Shown here in pieces: positions 39,501 through 51,526 of a DNA stretch of 64,000 bases. Position 1 is the first letter of the stretch. Every line of letters starts with the position of its first letter. The stretch is from Lingula anatina. Taxonomy: Eukaryota; Animalia; Brachiopoda. The notes below the pieces were generated by a model. That model was not told the DNA's origin and did no database searches. It was given only the letters and a program-made list of their open reading frames with translations. The stretch spans positions 5,030,954 to 5,094,953 of the forward strand of contig CM120644.1 in assembly GCA_051362555.1 (NCBI GenBank). The letters are read 5' to 3'. Both the position numbers and the translations under genes were made by a program.

Positions 39501-40644
39501 ATGATCCATAATGAGGTATGCGTTGACCACCAAAGGCTGCAATTTTGACGCCAGACGGTTTCAAATTGGTATTATTAGGGCATAATTTGGCATAGTCTTT
39601 CTTCGTGATTAGGTTTCCATCGGCACCAGTATCAACTTTGCACGGAAAAGTGATACTATTTTGCTCAGAGCTGATTTTCAGGTTAATGAAAGCACGCTTG
39701 CTTTCAATGCTGCCCACGTAAATTGGGCTAAAATATAGCTCGTTGCTCTCTTGTGGCTCACAGTCGTCTTCGCTGCAGGCATGCACTCTATGCATTTGCT
39801 GCTTGGGAGTGACGGCATGTCTGTGTGGCCTGTTTCCACGATGAATTGTGGACTGCTTGTGCTCGGAGCGGCAGCACTTTCTCCAGTGGTTAAGTTTCCC
39901 ACAGCCAAAGCATGTGGACCCGTATGCTGGGCACAGCTCTCTTTTACTATGATCATGTTTTGATCCACAGTTATTGCACTGATTTTCCATTGTGGGGTGG
40001 CACTTTGAGGCCATGGTAGAAGTTTCTCTCTTCTTATGTGTCCCTTTAAATGTAGGTTTAGGGCGAAATGGTTTGTTGTGCTTGACTGCATGGACCTGGG
40101 CGTCTCGATTGATGTCTGTGAGTTGCTGCGAGGTTGCTTCCTGAGTTCTTGCAATGTCGATCGCCTTGTCCAATGACAGAGTTTCACCCAATTCCAGTAA
40201 TTTGGACTGCGTGCGGGCTGATTTGCATCCAAAAATGAGCGTGTCAAGTATTTGTTCATCTGGTTGGGCATACTTGCACTCGCTGACCAGAGAACGAATT
40301 CTCTTCAAGAATTGATCTACAGTTTCCCCGTTACCTTGCGTAAGGGTCCTCAGCTTAAATCTGGCTAGTCTAAAATTGCTTTTAGGCTTAACAAATTCTT
40401 CAAATTTGTCAAAGTAGGTTTTTAATTCCTTAGATTCATCCCCAGTCAAGTTCCATGTGCTAACTAGGTCTCGTCCAGTCTCTCCAGCCCATATCTGGAG
40501 GTACGCAATCTTTTCAGTCTTAGATTTGTTCTTTAGTGGACCATCAAAGTATAACTCGCACATCTGTTTGAACTTCTTGTACTCCTGAACTGCATCGGTA
40601 GCATGCCAGTTCATGGCAGGTACTGGTAAAGCTCCCAGCTCCAT
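36595..40644 (-). pseudogene. Gag-Pol polyprotein, interrupted
   Basis: Double zinc knuckle CNNCGSKH...CPAYGSTCFGCGKLNHWRKCC; protease VDTGAD; RT LDARSGYW and IIDD; RNase H DAS...YSNIEREML; integrase HHCC and D-D-E (GADLF, NGFIER); C-terminal RRSTRITKAPDRLNL*. In-frame TAA at 39391 and 37722; frameshifts in A-runs at ~38705 and ~36670. Confidence 0.92.
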
Positions 40645-40713
40645 GTGGAAAGCCTTTTTTATCAACTGGTTATCAGCGTTGGCTCACTGTATTGTTATAA
40701 AACACAGTCACGT

Positions 40714-40726
40714 ACTTCTGACACCA
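40714..40726 (-). promoter_or_regulatory. Primer-binding site complementary to the tRNA-Leu 3' end
   Basis: TGGTGTCAGAAGT immediately after the LTR end GTTTCA; complementary to ...ACTTCTGACACCA of tRNA-Leu. Confidence 0.8.
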
Positions 40727-41952
40727 TGAAACAACTCCAGGAAGGACTTGACTACAACAACTGACTTTATTTCTCAGTGTGCAGATATACTGACTTTGGA
40801 CCGTCATGATATATTTTATTCGTAGACGGAATCTTAGGCAGTGGGACGTACATGTACATTCTGTAGCTGCGATGTGCGGTTTATCGAAGTGCAGTTTGGG
40901 AACGATCCTGGGCGTATACGAAAAAACCACGTATCTGGGTCGGTGACCGGCTGGTGCAAGTGCACATCCTCCGAGAGGCTGGTATCTGAAGCATCGGAGC
41001 ACTTGTTAGCGATTTTTTCTTCTGGCCACGACGGAGGCCATTGGTCCACCATCCAATATTTCAAGCAATAATCGTCTTTATTAGGTTTCGCTTGTGGTAG
41101 TTGTTTTTCAGTGATGGACGGTTATGAATGAGATTATACATGCATATGCCAAAGAAATATCCATAGGGTCGATTTATTCTTTTTTCTGCCTTTTCAAGAG
41201 GAAGATTTGTTTGGCATGCGACAAAATGGTGTTATTACTCTGACTTTCTGTTAAGTTCGATGCAAGGATTGTTGTAGGAAGTGTGGAATCGTTCGACATT
41301 TTTATCCTGGAGACACACACTTTGGTATTTTCTGTAATCCCGTAACAGCAGTCACCATCCAGGACACATAAAAGGTCACAGTTGAAGTGAATCTTGATAC
41401 CAGCCAGCCATTACACAAAGCAATTGATGCAGCTTTTTCTCTTCCCTCAGTTTCATAGGGACAAGGGTCCTCACGAAAGGTATCTTCCTGGGTGGTTTCG
41501 TTTTTACCGTCTGTGTGGCCTGCATGTGGTCTCGTAACCATTCGCTCCAAAGTATTTGTACATCATGGGGATAGGAATGGGTGAAAAATGACACTTAGCT
41601 TTTCTTTTATAATCAATATGCTGACTGACGTTTTCTGTGATATACATTGTAGTAGATATAGTAAAAAATAAGCAAAATTGTTAATGCATAATTCTTTGTG
41701 TGGAATAGGTGCGCAATTGTGTATACATGTAAGTAATACATAATTTATCACCTATCTACGTAGTTCAATTTTGCAAATTCGTTGTATTTATTGTAATATA
41801 AGGAAACGTGTGTGGATTTGGGGTATGTTCACTAAAAGTCGATTACGCAACGCGATATGAAAAAAAAGAAACAATAGCAAATTATTTAAAATATAAATTT
41901 TAATCAAATACAGAATGTTTATCGATAATTATCCAATTTGTAAATAAAAAAA

Positions 41953-44900
41953 TCACAACTCTTCTTCGTCTTCATCTTCAAGGGAAAGAAGGGGTTGTGA
42001 AGTGAAATCTTGTTTTGCTCTTTTTCTTCTAGAATAAAATATCAATGCACAGATAACTAACACTATAACCAGGGCTGGTATAGCGACTATTGCTACTATT
42101 TTGAGAGCTCTCTCTGAAAGGAAATAAAAAATTATATTAAATCTTATGAATTTATTCACATAACTTAATTCAATAAGCTATTTAAAGCATGATGAAGTCA
42201 ATATGCACAGTATCAGAAAATAAAAGATAAACGAAAGCAATAAATTAAAGATATTAAAGAGCAAAGGATACTTAAAGACTTCAAATAAGTAAAATGGTTA
42301 AATAAAAAGCACTGGCAGAACTAATGGAATTGTGAAGAAAAAGAATTCGAATGTTGATGAATATAGAGGCTATGAATTGTTTGCGTGCGACAGGGAGAAA
42401 ATGATACCTTTAGCAGTGGTAATACTACAGGCTTCTGTCCATTCAGCTCCTGTCATCAAAACATCTGCATTAAGGCTGAGAAATCTGTCAAATGGACATT
42501 TAAACTTACATCCTGAAAAACAAAATTATCAGTTTTCTTCCAAAGTTGCATTGCTGTTCATGGTTTTCTGTCATCAATAGTCACACACATGAGTTGATCT
42601 TTTACCTCTGTCCAGAAGTACATGTAATTTAATTTAAATGTGAACAATTAAGCTATGTAGAGATTTAGCAAATATTTTCTTAAATTCACAAATTGACAGG
42701 ATTTTGAACTAAGTACAAACTTATTCTACATGTTGCAATTTAGGATTACAGATATTTATTGGCTTTAATTAACGAGTAAGACAATTTCAAAAGGCCTCGA
42801 CAAGGTCATATATACCATGTAATATATTAACTGCATTCTATAACAATTATGCAAGAGACTAAAATGTACAAAAATAGAACACGAAAACATTTTATTGACT
42901 ATTAATTATGAAAATGGTTTAACTTAAGGGGGAAGAACTGAATAAACATGGTTGTGGTTGTATAAAGAAAAGATGCATCATCGGGAAACTAAACGTTAAC
43001 CAAATTTTTTAACCGCTGAATTGAAAACTCGAGGTCTTAAAGAGGGGTTTGTTTTAGGTGTGTCCTAATCTGATAAAACATCCTCCAGATTTAAGCTATA
43101 CTTAATGGGAATGCTCTTCCATCTAGCCCTCACCCTCTTCCCCCCCCCCTCTCCCTCGTCCAGTCGATGTTTTACCTGGAATGGAGAGTTCATATGGTTC
43201 TGGGTGTGTATTCATGGACCCAGGGTCACGTGAGAGATTCCTGTAGAGCACCTGCACCCAGTGACCTCCCGTGACCGGGTCCTGGTGTAGCTCCACTATC
43301 ACACATGCTGCATAGGGTGGCGAGACGTTATTGAAGACATTCATGGCTGCCAATAGAGGCGCCACTGTACTATCATGCTGCAAGAGAGACTTAAATTGTG
43401 AATAAATGGCATCAAGTGATTTAAGGCTAACGTTCACTAAATTGAATTTTATGCTTTTGTTTTATCTTTAAATACTGAACATAGAAACAATTCTCAAAAT
43501 ACTGGGCAAATAATCTTATAAGTAGACAATAATTTTTTGACAAACAACACTGAATATATCATGGGTTGTGCATCATGCAATACATTACATGCTACACCTG
43601 AGTTTCAAGTTAAAAAAAAGGAAAGCAAAATTAACAATACAAATGCATTGATTTTTGTGCAGATTAAGTGTCGATACCTACACCTGAATACATAAACATC
43701 TTGGGAACGGAAGTATTGGACGGCCCAGCTGAGATTTTCTTTTGCATATTGCCTACGAACTCGGAGAGTATTTTCCCACCTAACCAAAAACAATGTCAAA
43801 ACCTTGGTGAAAACACAAACCAATTTTCAGAACATTTTTAGATACCGGGTACATGTTCAACCTTCATAGAAAAAGAGCCAAAAGCTTTTTCGGTGCTTTT
43901 CTAATAGTTGGTACATATGTATAATATTTACACACCAGTGCATGCACAATCAGAGATACTACAATAATGTACGTACTTACATTAAGTTAATCAAATGCAT
44001 AGTAAATCGTTTTCATAATAATTAATAATTATCGCATTTCCTTAGTGAATTGCAACTGAAAAAATCGTGATCTCAACACAAAACAAAAGGCATTTTTAAT
44101 TCCACAAAATCTAAAGCATAAAAATAGATAAATAATAAAATAAAATAAAAAAGACACTTATAATTTACATAAGAAGCTGTATTTGACACCACGCACTCTA
44201 GACATAACTGGAAACTACCCTACACATTTAGCAAGCACTTTGGGACTCAGAGAAGAAAAGTGATACCTCCTCCCCAAAGCTTCCTTAACTCATCTGTCCC
44301 CCTCTGCCATCTCCAGTAATAATGGGTAAGTTCTCGAATCATGGTCCACATTGTCTTGTTTGTATCCGGCCAAACTGAGTGAAGCCAAGATGGAGCGGTT
44401 TTGTTGTGGCACCACTGAAAGAATATCACGGTTATATACGAAGTGAGAGGCAGAAATTAAAAAAAAGTATTGGACGTTGACTTACATCTGAAGCAGCCCT
44501 GGGCTCCGTAACTCGAAAGCATCGCGAATTGCGACCGAGCGCCAGCGTCTCTATTCCATAACTCGGCACCCCATGTAACAGCCACGAAATGAAAGGTGAT
44601 ATCGCTATCGCAATTCGCGATGCTTTCGAGTTACGGAGCCCTGATGGAGTCGTTTTGCTGGGACTCAAATGAAGGCATAAATTGAATTGTTGCACAGTCA
44701 GAGGAAGAAATGTGTGTGTGTGTAGGGGGTTGTTCTTCGAGGACGGGGGAGACACGATTTAACGTATAATACTAACTTATAGCACTCACGTATGAGAAAA
44801 ATCGCTAATATGCCAACAGACGCAAGGGGTTCACTACATTAAGTCGTAGACGTTTCGAGTACGCAGGCAAACCTTGTGTGCGTTTGCATACGCAGAAGGA

Positions 44901-46433
44901 GATAGGAAAATGGGCAATGAGAGAACAGTTTCATTAGCTCTGTATGTATAAATTCAAATTACTGTTTTTCTTTTTATCAAGAGCTTGTAAAATATGTGGG
45001 TATTACCTCTTAGGGGCAATTGACCTGGATTTTCATTCCAGGTGAAATGACCCTAGTCATTTACTCCCTGATGATGGTGACTGACAGTCACAGAAATATT
45101 GGAGGTAATACCCACATATTTTACAAGCTCTTGATAAAAAGAAAAACAGTAATTTGAAAATGGGCAAGTTCAATTTTATAGCAACTCAAATGCAAAGCAA
45201 GTGAAAATAATACAGTCCAAATACATATTCAATACGTTATTTGTAGCATACCATCTAAATGAAAACTGTGGAACAATTTCATCATCCACTTATGTTATGA
45301 CAACTGAATGAACATCCCATGCTTAATAAGTATCAAAATGGGTTATTATGAAAAAGGGCCAGAATATGGACCTATATTATGACAGAGTTAAGCCGACTGA
45401 CAAGACTGATCTGGACTTAACGGACGATAACTTCCAGTATTTAACGTCACATTTAAGAATATGTACCTCACAAAACAATGGGTCTTCCATGTTCCAGACA
45501 TTTTCTAGCTTAGCATCTGTGTATCCAGCTAAACTTGAAACCTTCCACACAAATCCCTAGAATGAAAAAAAAAATGGGAGTTTGTTGGATGAAACACTAA
45601 ATAATAATTAGAATTCACCCATAATTAATAGCAGATGGAATCATTCAAGATCAATTGAAAAAGCCCTCATTGTAAGAGGTATATATGGTTCTTTAGCAAC
45701 TTGCATGTAAATGACCTTCGTCTTTAAAAAAACTGACAGACACAAATGCTCATAAAAGTGACCCTGGTTTTAATGCAAGGTACCAGTAAACATGTATAAA
45801 CAGACACAACAATTAAGTCCACCAAAATATTCAATTAAAAAAAAGTTAAATAAATTACCTTTGACTGTATGGCATCCAATTTTTACAACTGGACCACCTT
45901 ACTTATACACATTTATGTTTGTCAACAGTATGTTCCTTTAAGACTTTGCATTAATCATTATACCTGGTATAATTTTTCCTTCTCTTGCACCAATTCTGAT
46001 TGCATCAGCTCATTGAAGAGAAGTTCGTATCGAGGACATCCCTCAACAGTAGAGTTGGGGAATGTTTGGAGCAGCTTGAAAAAGAAAAGCGTACGAGTAC
46101 ATATAATGTACCTATATATTAATGTCCATAATATTCTAAAGGATCCTACACAATTTTGAGCCAATTTTCTATAAGACGTCCCACACAGTAAATTTCCGTT
46201 AGGGATCTATATCTGACCTACATATACAACTTCGACGAGCATCATTACAGTAAGTCCCAGCAGGAAGAGTTACACTTGTGTGTGTTCATATGCGGACGGA
46301 GACCGTCATCTGGGTCTTCCACAAGACATGCACCTTTTTTTTTCTCTAAAGAGGATCAAAAAAGGAGGATGGATCAACAAAGATAATTTGGAAGAATGTC
46401 AGAAATATCTCTGGATCCACCCCTGTGTGTTAA

Positions 46434-46500
<67 letters not shown>

Positions 46501-46538
46501 ATGAATGTCAGAAATATCTCTGGACCCACCTCTGTGTG

Positions 46539-46593
<55 letters not shown>

Positions 46594-49500
46594 AGGGCGT
46601 CACTCACTGGTATATGTACAGGTATAGGTTGCCATGGTAGCGTCTCGTGCCACTGTTGTTGTCCAGATGGCGGGAACAGGCAGGCCAGGTTGGTCTGGGC
46701 ACTCATTACAGTCCTGTCAGTATCAGTGCTCCGGACACTGACCTGGCACAATGTGGTCAATATCAGATATATTATTAACATCACAGCTAACTCAGAATCA
46801 TAATCATAATAACACGACGTGTACTTCAGTTAATGTTATGTCAACGTGGTAATTTTCGGAAATTTTAAAAGTTCAGTTAGTTGCGAACTCAAAACGTTCA
46901 ACAGAACAAATGAAATATGTAAACAGTGCATATATACAAAATAAATAAATAAATAAATAAATAAATAAATACAAAGTTCCTGGAGATACATCTACAACCG
47001 TCATCAAAATGAAGAAAAAACAGCTAGATTTTAACAGAATTTTAGCGTTCAATGATATGTATGTGTATTAATTAAGTCAAAAAAAGTTTTGTTTGTCAGA
47101 GGCTAGGTTCAGAATGAGAGCAAAAGCAACAACAACTAATAACAATAATACATCAAAACCTAATGATTTTTACTATCTTGCTGACAACAGTCTCTTCCCA
47201 AGCATGCGTGATAAATGTAACCAACGTTAAAGAAGACAACACTGGCTCGGTATAACTCACCTCTCTCCTTATGTAGGACTTGTCAAGGAACCCATCGTAT
47301 CTGCGTCTGATGAACTGTCCTAGCTCACACTGTTGTCGCATGCCGAGCTGAAACAAAAACATATGCTGTGACTAAGACTGGGTTCCCACAGATTTAGATC
47401 GATCCATCTGGATCGACCTAACTCCCTGGGGTTTCACGCTAAATTGATGTCAGCTTCCGGGAGCCGGGCGCGCACTAAAGTTAATTACCCCCTTATACCT
47501 TTGAGTAAGCGGGACAGACACTTAAGCCTAGTGAGACTCCCCAGGGGGATAGATCGATCTAAATATCAGTGGGAATGGTCTCTCAAACATCGTGACAATT
47601 GCAGTTTGTGTTGTATGTCACACCAATGAAATACAGCGCCTTGCAACAAATAATGGCATATTAATGTAGAGAAAAGTACTTGCACATAATTATGAGGAAT
47701 ATAGAGTAGTGTTTGAGTAGCACCCGCATCAATACCTTAAATCCAGATGACGTTATATTATGACGTAAATGGTGACATTAACTTCTAACTATATTTGGGT
47801 AGAATTAAAATTATATTATCGATAATTCCCGAAACAATGTTTTTAATTAAAAAAGACACATGCTAATTAATGATATGTCATTTATTTTTAAATGATTTAT
47901 TTATTTATTTATTTTGTGTGTGTGTGTGCCATTTCTCCGACATGATCTTGAGGTCATGTTTACGAGGGGAAAATTCGGTCTGTCGGTTGAAATATGATGG
48001 TACGGAGCCTATTCAGTCTCAGTGCAGTTGCCGCTCGCCTTCCGCGCGGCGCCCTTGAAGATCGATCCGTTGTCGGTGCAGCCCACTACGTTTTTTATCA
48101 ACCATGTGGCCAGAGTAAGGAAACACACAACTTAAAGTTCGTGCAAGTGCATTACACTAAATTTAAACATCTTTACTTTTTTGGGCCACCTAAAACCACC
48201 AAAGGTGAAAGGAAAAGGTGTAGAGCCGCATTTTGCAACCGACCGCATTTTGCAACCGGTTGCAAAATACGTTCAGTTGCAAAATGCGGTCCTACTAAGT
48301 AGAGCTGCATTTTGCAACTGAACGCATTTTGCAACTGCAACGCATTTTGCAACCAAAGAAAATCGTGAAAACGCATTTTGCAACTGCAACGCATTTTGCA
48401 ACCAGGATATTTTCTAAGTCCCTGAAACAGCTTGAAGTACGAGACAGGTAGAATTGGAATGGGGACGGGTTTGCTTCGACTATGTATGCTGAAACTGGCC
48501 AGGCTGCCCCTGGGGTGGACGAAAATATAAAACTTATTGCACATTTTAATTTCCTAAACCATTAGAGTTAGGAACTCTAAACGTTAATAATCATTTTGTT
48601 AGGCATGTGCATGGGATTTCGGATTTTTTGTTTTTGTTTTTGTTTTAAATTGGGGGTGTTGCCGTCCCTAGGAGTGGTTGATTGTACTTTTTACTTCGTA
48701 TTTTTCTCCTATCTACTTTATATCTTCAGAATTAGGAAATAAAAACGTTGGGGATTAATACACTACCGTAAGAAATGTGCATGGGCACTTCGGAGATTTA
48801 TTGTGACATGGGTGTGGTTGTCCCTGGGGGTGGTTGATTCTAATTTTACAACGTATTTTCTGCTATCTGCCCATTGTATCGGCCATTTAAGTTAAAGCAT
48901 GAAACGTAGCTACAGTATAATTTGGAATGTTGAATGGCATTTAATTTTTTTGACTTAGGGTGTGGTCCTGGGGGTGGTTGAATATAATTATACGTTGTAA
49001 TTTCTGCTATCTACCTTTAGACCATATAAGTGAGGAACGGAAGGCTATGGGAATTGAAAACATGTCTTTAGGGATATGGATCCTTCTGGGGTATTGATGG
49101 GTGTGGCCGTCCCTGGGGGTGGTTGATTCTATTTTTTTTTGCACCGTTACTTCTACTATCTACCCTTAGAGTTAGGAACGTGAAATGTTGGGGATTGATA
49201 ATGAATGTACATGGGTCTTTGAGGAATGTAGAGAACAGCAGCGGCGCACATAGCACTAAACGGACTTACAGTAGTAGGCATGAATATAGGTCAAGGAATC
49301 CAGTTAAAGCTGTCCTTTTGACCCATGCCAACCATAAGGCCCTACACACTCAGAAATCCTGGCGTTCAACTAGCCGTTGTGTCTTAATACAAAACAAATA
49401 TGTTAATTAATCATAAATAGTAATTAGCATGTGTGTTGCTCTACAGAGGCTATGCCTGAAAGTATGGGGTCTTGCATGGGTTTTTAATTAACTTGACCTA

Positions 49501-51407
49501 TATTCAAGCATACCGCTGAAGGTCTGTTATTAAGTGCCCTCTGCTGCGTTCTTTGCATTCCCCTTCCTTCTTAACTCGAAGACAGCTTTCAGATCCACAC
49601 ATCCTACTAGCTGGGTCGGTCCAACTCTGCAGGGGATCTCACTTAAGTGCAATCAGTGGAATCAGCTTAATTGTCTGACATACCACCAATCACCCCATCC
49701 CCTGAGGGACAGTCACACCCAAAGTCACACTAAAATTCCCCTGTACCCATGCACCAAAGACTGGTGCTCCTAACTCGAATGGTCGAGAAGGAGATGAAAG
49801 AAATTACGGCGAAAATATTACAGTCAAGTAACTATCCCCAGGGACGGCCACTCCCCAAGTCACCAAACATTCCGATGTGCCCAAGCACATCTCTAACGAT
49901 CTCAACCACCCCCAGGGACAACTACACCCCAAGTCACAAAAAATCTGGAGTGCCTACGCACATTTCTTACGATGGTATTAATCCCCAACGCTTTTATTTC
50001 CTAAGTCTAAAGATATAAGGGTAGATAACAGAAAATACAATGCAAAATTACAATCAACCACCCCTAGGGACGGCCACACCCCTATGTGCATGCCTAACAA
50101 TATCTTTTTTACTCCCTGACGTTTCAACCTCCTAACTCTAATGGTTTAGGAAATTACAATGTGAAATAATTTTTATATATTCGTCCACCCCAGGGGCAGC
50201 CTGGCCAGTTTCAGCATACATAGTCGAAGCAAACCCGTCCCCACTCCAATTCTACCCGTAGCCAACCTGTCTCGTACTTAAAGCTGTTTCAGGGACTTAG
50301 AAAAAAATCCTGGTTGCAAAATGCGTTGCTGTTGCAAAATGCGTTTTCACGATTTCCTTTGTTTGCAAAATGCAATGCAGTTGCAAAATGCGTTCAGTTG
50401 CAAAATGCGGCTCTACTTAGTAGGACCGCATTTTGCAACTGAACGCATTTTGCAACCGGTTGCAAAATGCGGTCGGTTGCAAAATGCGGCTCTACAAAGG
50501 GACCAGCATCACAATCATTGCAAGTCAACCGAACGATGCCCGTGCGGGAACAATGCGATGCCATCTACGATACAGCTACGGTTGAGGGCTAATGGTTTAA
50601 TAATTTTGTCAAGAAATGTAAGCTTGACAAATCGTAGAAGCTTCGAAAGTCGTGAATCCGTACGATTTCACAAGATCACCGTCTGCCTCTGCACTGACGC
50701 TGCACGAAAAGGGATTTACCGTCAAAATACGAGGACTGTGCGGACATTGCATGGCACATGTTATCTAGGTTTAGATTTTAGTAGGCTAATAAATGTAGCT
50801 TAAAAACTCTCTTCAGATTCTTTGTGAAACATGCCCCTGGAGGAAATCAGCAGCTTACCCGTGTTAACTGTCCGAGACCCTCCGGCCAGGCGTCATCTTG
50901 CCATTGGCTGCTAGGGTAGGGGATGAACGGGGTCCGGTCACCATGTCTGAAATGCTACATCATTTGGATTAATTTAATTATAAATTATTATAATAATCCT
51001 TAAATCACAAAAACAGTTACATATTTTACGTGCTTGTCATATTTGACTAGATATATGTACGAATGCCCTATATATAAATAACACTGCATGCATGCAATAT
51101 ACAGTATGCTGGTACATTGAGTAGAACAGTTTAACCAGCCAGCAGGCCTGCTAATGTTTACGGGTTCTTAAATTTAAGATTTTGTATTTTAATTCGTACT
51201 TTTGTGTTTGTAAGCAAATGCCCGGTACATAAAAAATTGAATCATAGACTGTATAGTACGGAGTAGACCCCCCACCCCTCCCCAGTAGGAGATCCATGTA
51301 CTTACCAGGTTCACCTGCACCAGTGTCTGTGGTGCCTCTTCACATGTTCTACTCATACAGCTCATCAACAGAACAGCCGTGAATACTAGATCTTCCGTCC
51401 TCCCCAT
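41953..51407 (-). CDS. ACP2: Histidine acid phosphatase, lysosomal/prostatic type with C-terminal TM helix (~444 aa, 11 coding exons)
   Basis: Exons 51407-51306 (signal peptide), 50954-50859 (FRHGDRTP...WPEGLGQLT), 47347-47261, 46742-46608 (VRSTDTDRTVMSAQTNLACLFPP...WQPIPVH), 46074-45964 (CPRY), 45556-45467, 44414-44267, 43779-43682 (MYSG), 43377-43176 (HDSTV...PPYAAC), 42512-42408, 42113-41953 (TM IVAIVAIPALVIVLVICALIFY). Catalytic RHGxRxP and HD motifs are intact. Orthology to ACP2 versus ACPP is not resolvable; a microexon may be missing between exons 4 and 5. Confidence 0.92.
44502..44640. mobile_element. Harbinger/Tourist-type MITE
   Basis: Perfect 33-bp TIR GGCTCCGTAACTCGAAAGCATCGCGAATTGCGA; CTG TSD on both sides. 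Confidence 0.85.
44953..45158. repeat. Perfect 57-bp inverted repeat with 92-bp spacer
   Basis: 44953-45009 is the reverse complement of 45102-45158. Confidence 0.9.
47383..47576. mobile_element. Palindromic MITE
   Basis: TTCCCAC...ATTTAGATCGATC paired with GATCGATCTAAAT...GTGGGAA, plus inner pairing. A similar palindromic element lies at ~1056-1290. Confidence 0.6.
48219..50496. mobile_element. Non-autonomous Ginger-like DNA transposon with ~400-bp TIRs in acid phosphatase intron 2
   Basis: Termini TGTAGAGCCGC...GCGGCTCTACA; 4-bp TSD AAGG (48215-18, 50497-500); TIRs contain CGCATTTTGCAAC subrepeats; subterminal GGGTGTGG...GGGGTGGTTGATT units; no transposase ORF. Confidence 0.85.
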
Positions 51408-51486
51408 GCTTAAATAAAGAAAGTATTCATATGATATGGCTCAAACATAGTCATCAAAAATCAAGCATTTTAGTATAAAAGCATGA

Positions 51487-51526
<40 letters not shown>

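Larger units (their letters stand above)
36170..40789 (-). mobile_element. Ty3/Gypsy LTR retrotransposon, Mag lineage (SURL-like), defective
   Basis: 3' LTR 36170-36377 (TG...CA); PPT AAAGGAAGAAGGGGA 36378-36392; PBS TGGTGTCAGAAGT 40714-40726; 5' LTR remnant 40727-40789; gag-PR-RT-RH-IN domain order. Confidence 0.95.
36100..41690 (-). pseudogene. SMB-like surface protein copy 3, pseudogene split by a Gypsy element
   Basis: 41400-41340 encodes IKIHFNCDLLCVLDGDCCYG; 41064-40931 encodes KYWMVDQW...HQPVTDPDT, fused directly to exon-3 sequence RIRPGSFPNC; the C-terminal remnant IPLVSEELVICMVI lies at 36169-36100; 3' UTR homology at 35735-36100. Frameshifts and stops are present. Confidence 0.85.

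Noticed and set aside
44170-44208. Possible extra phosphatase exon
   Set aside because: Exon 44414-44267 already joins 43779-43682 in frame with the expected GGxxL motif; the peptide shows no family similarity.
48173-50803. ORFs 48173-48544 and 50321-50803 (CKMR/LQNA repeats)
   Set aside because: Translations of the transposon TIR subrepeats.
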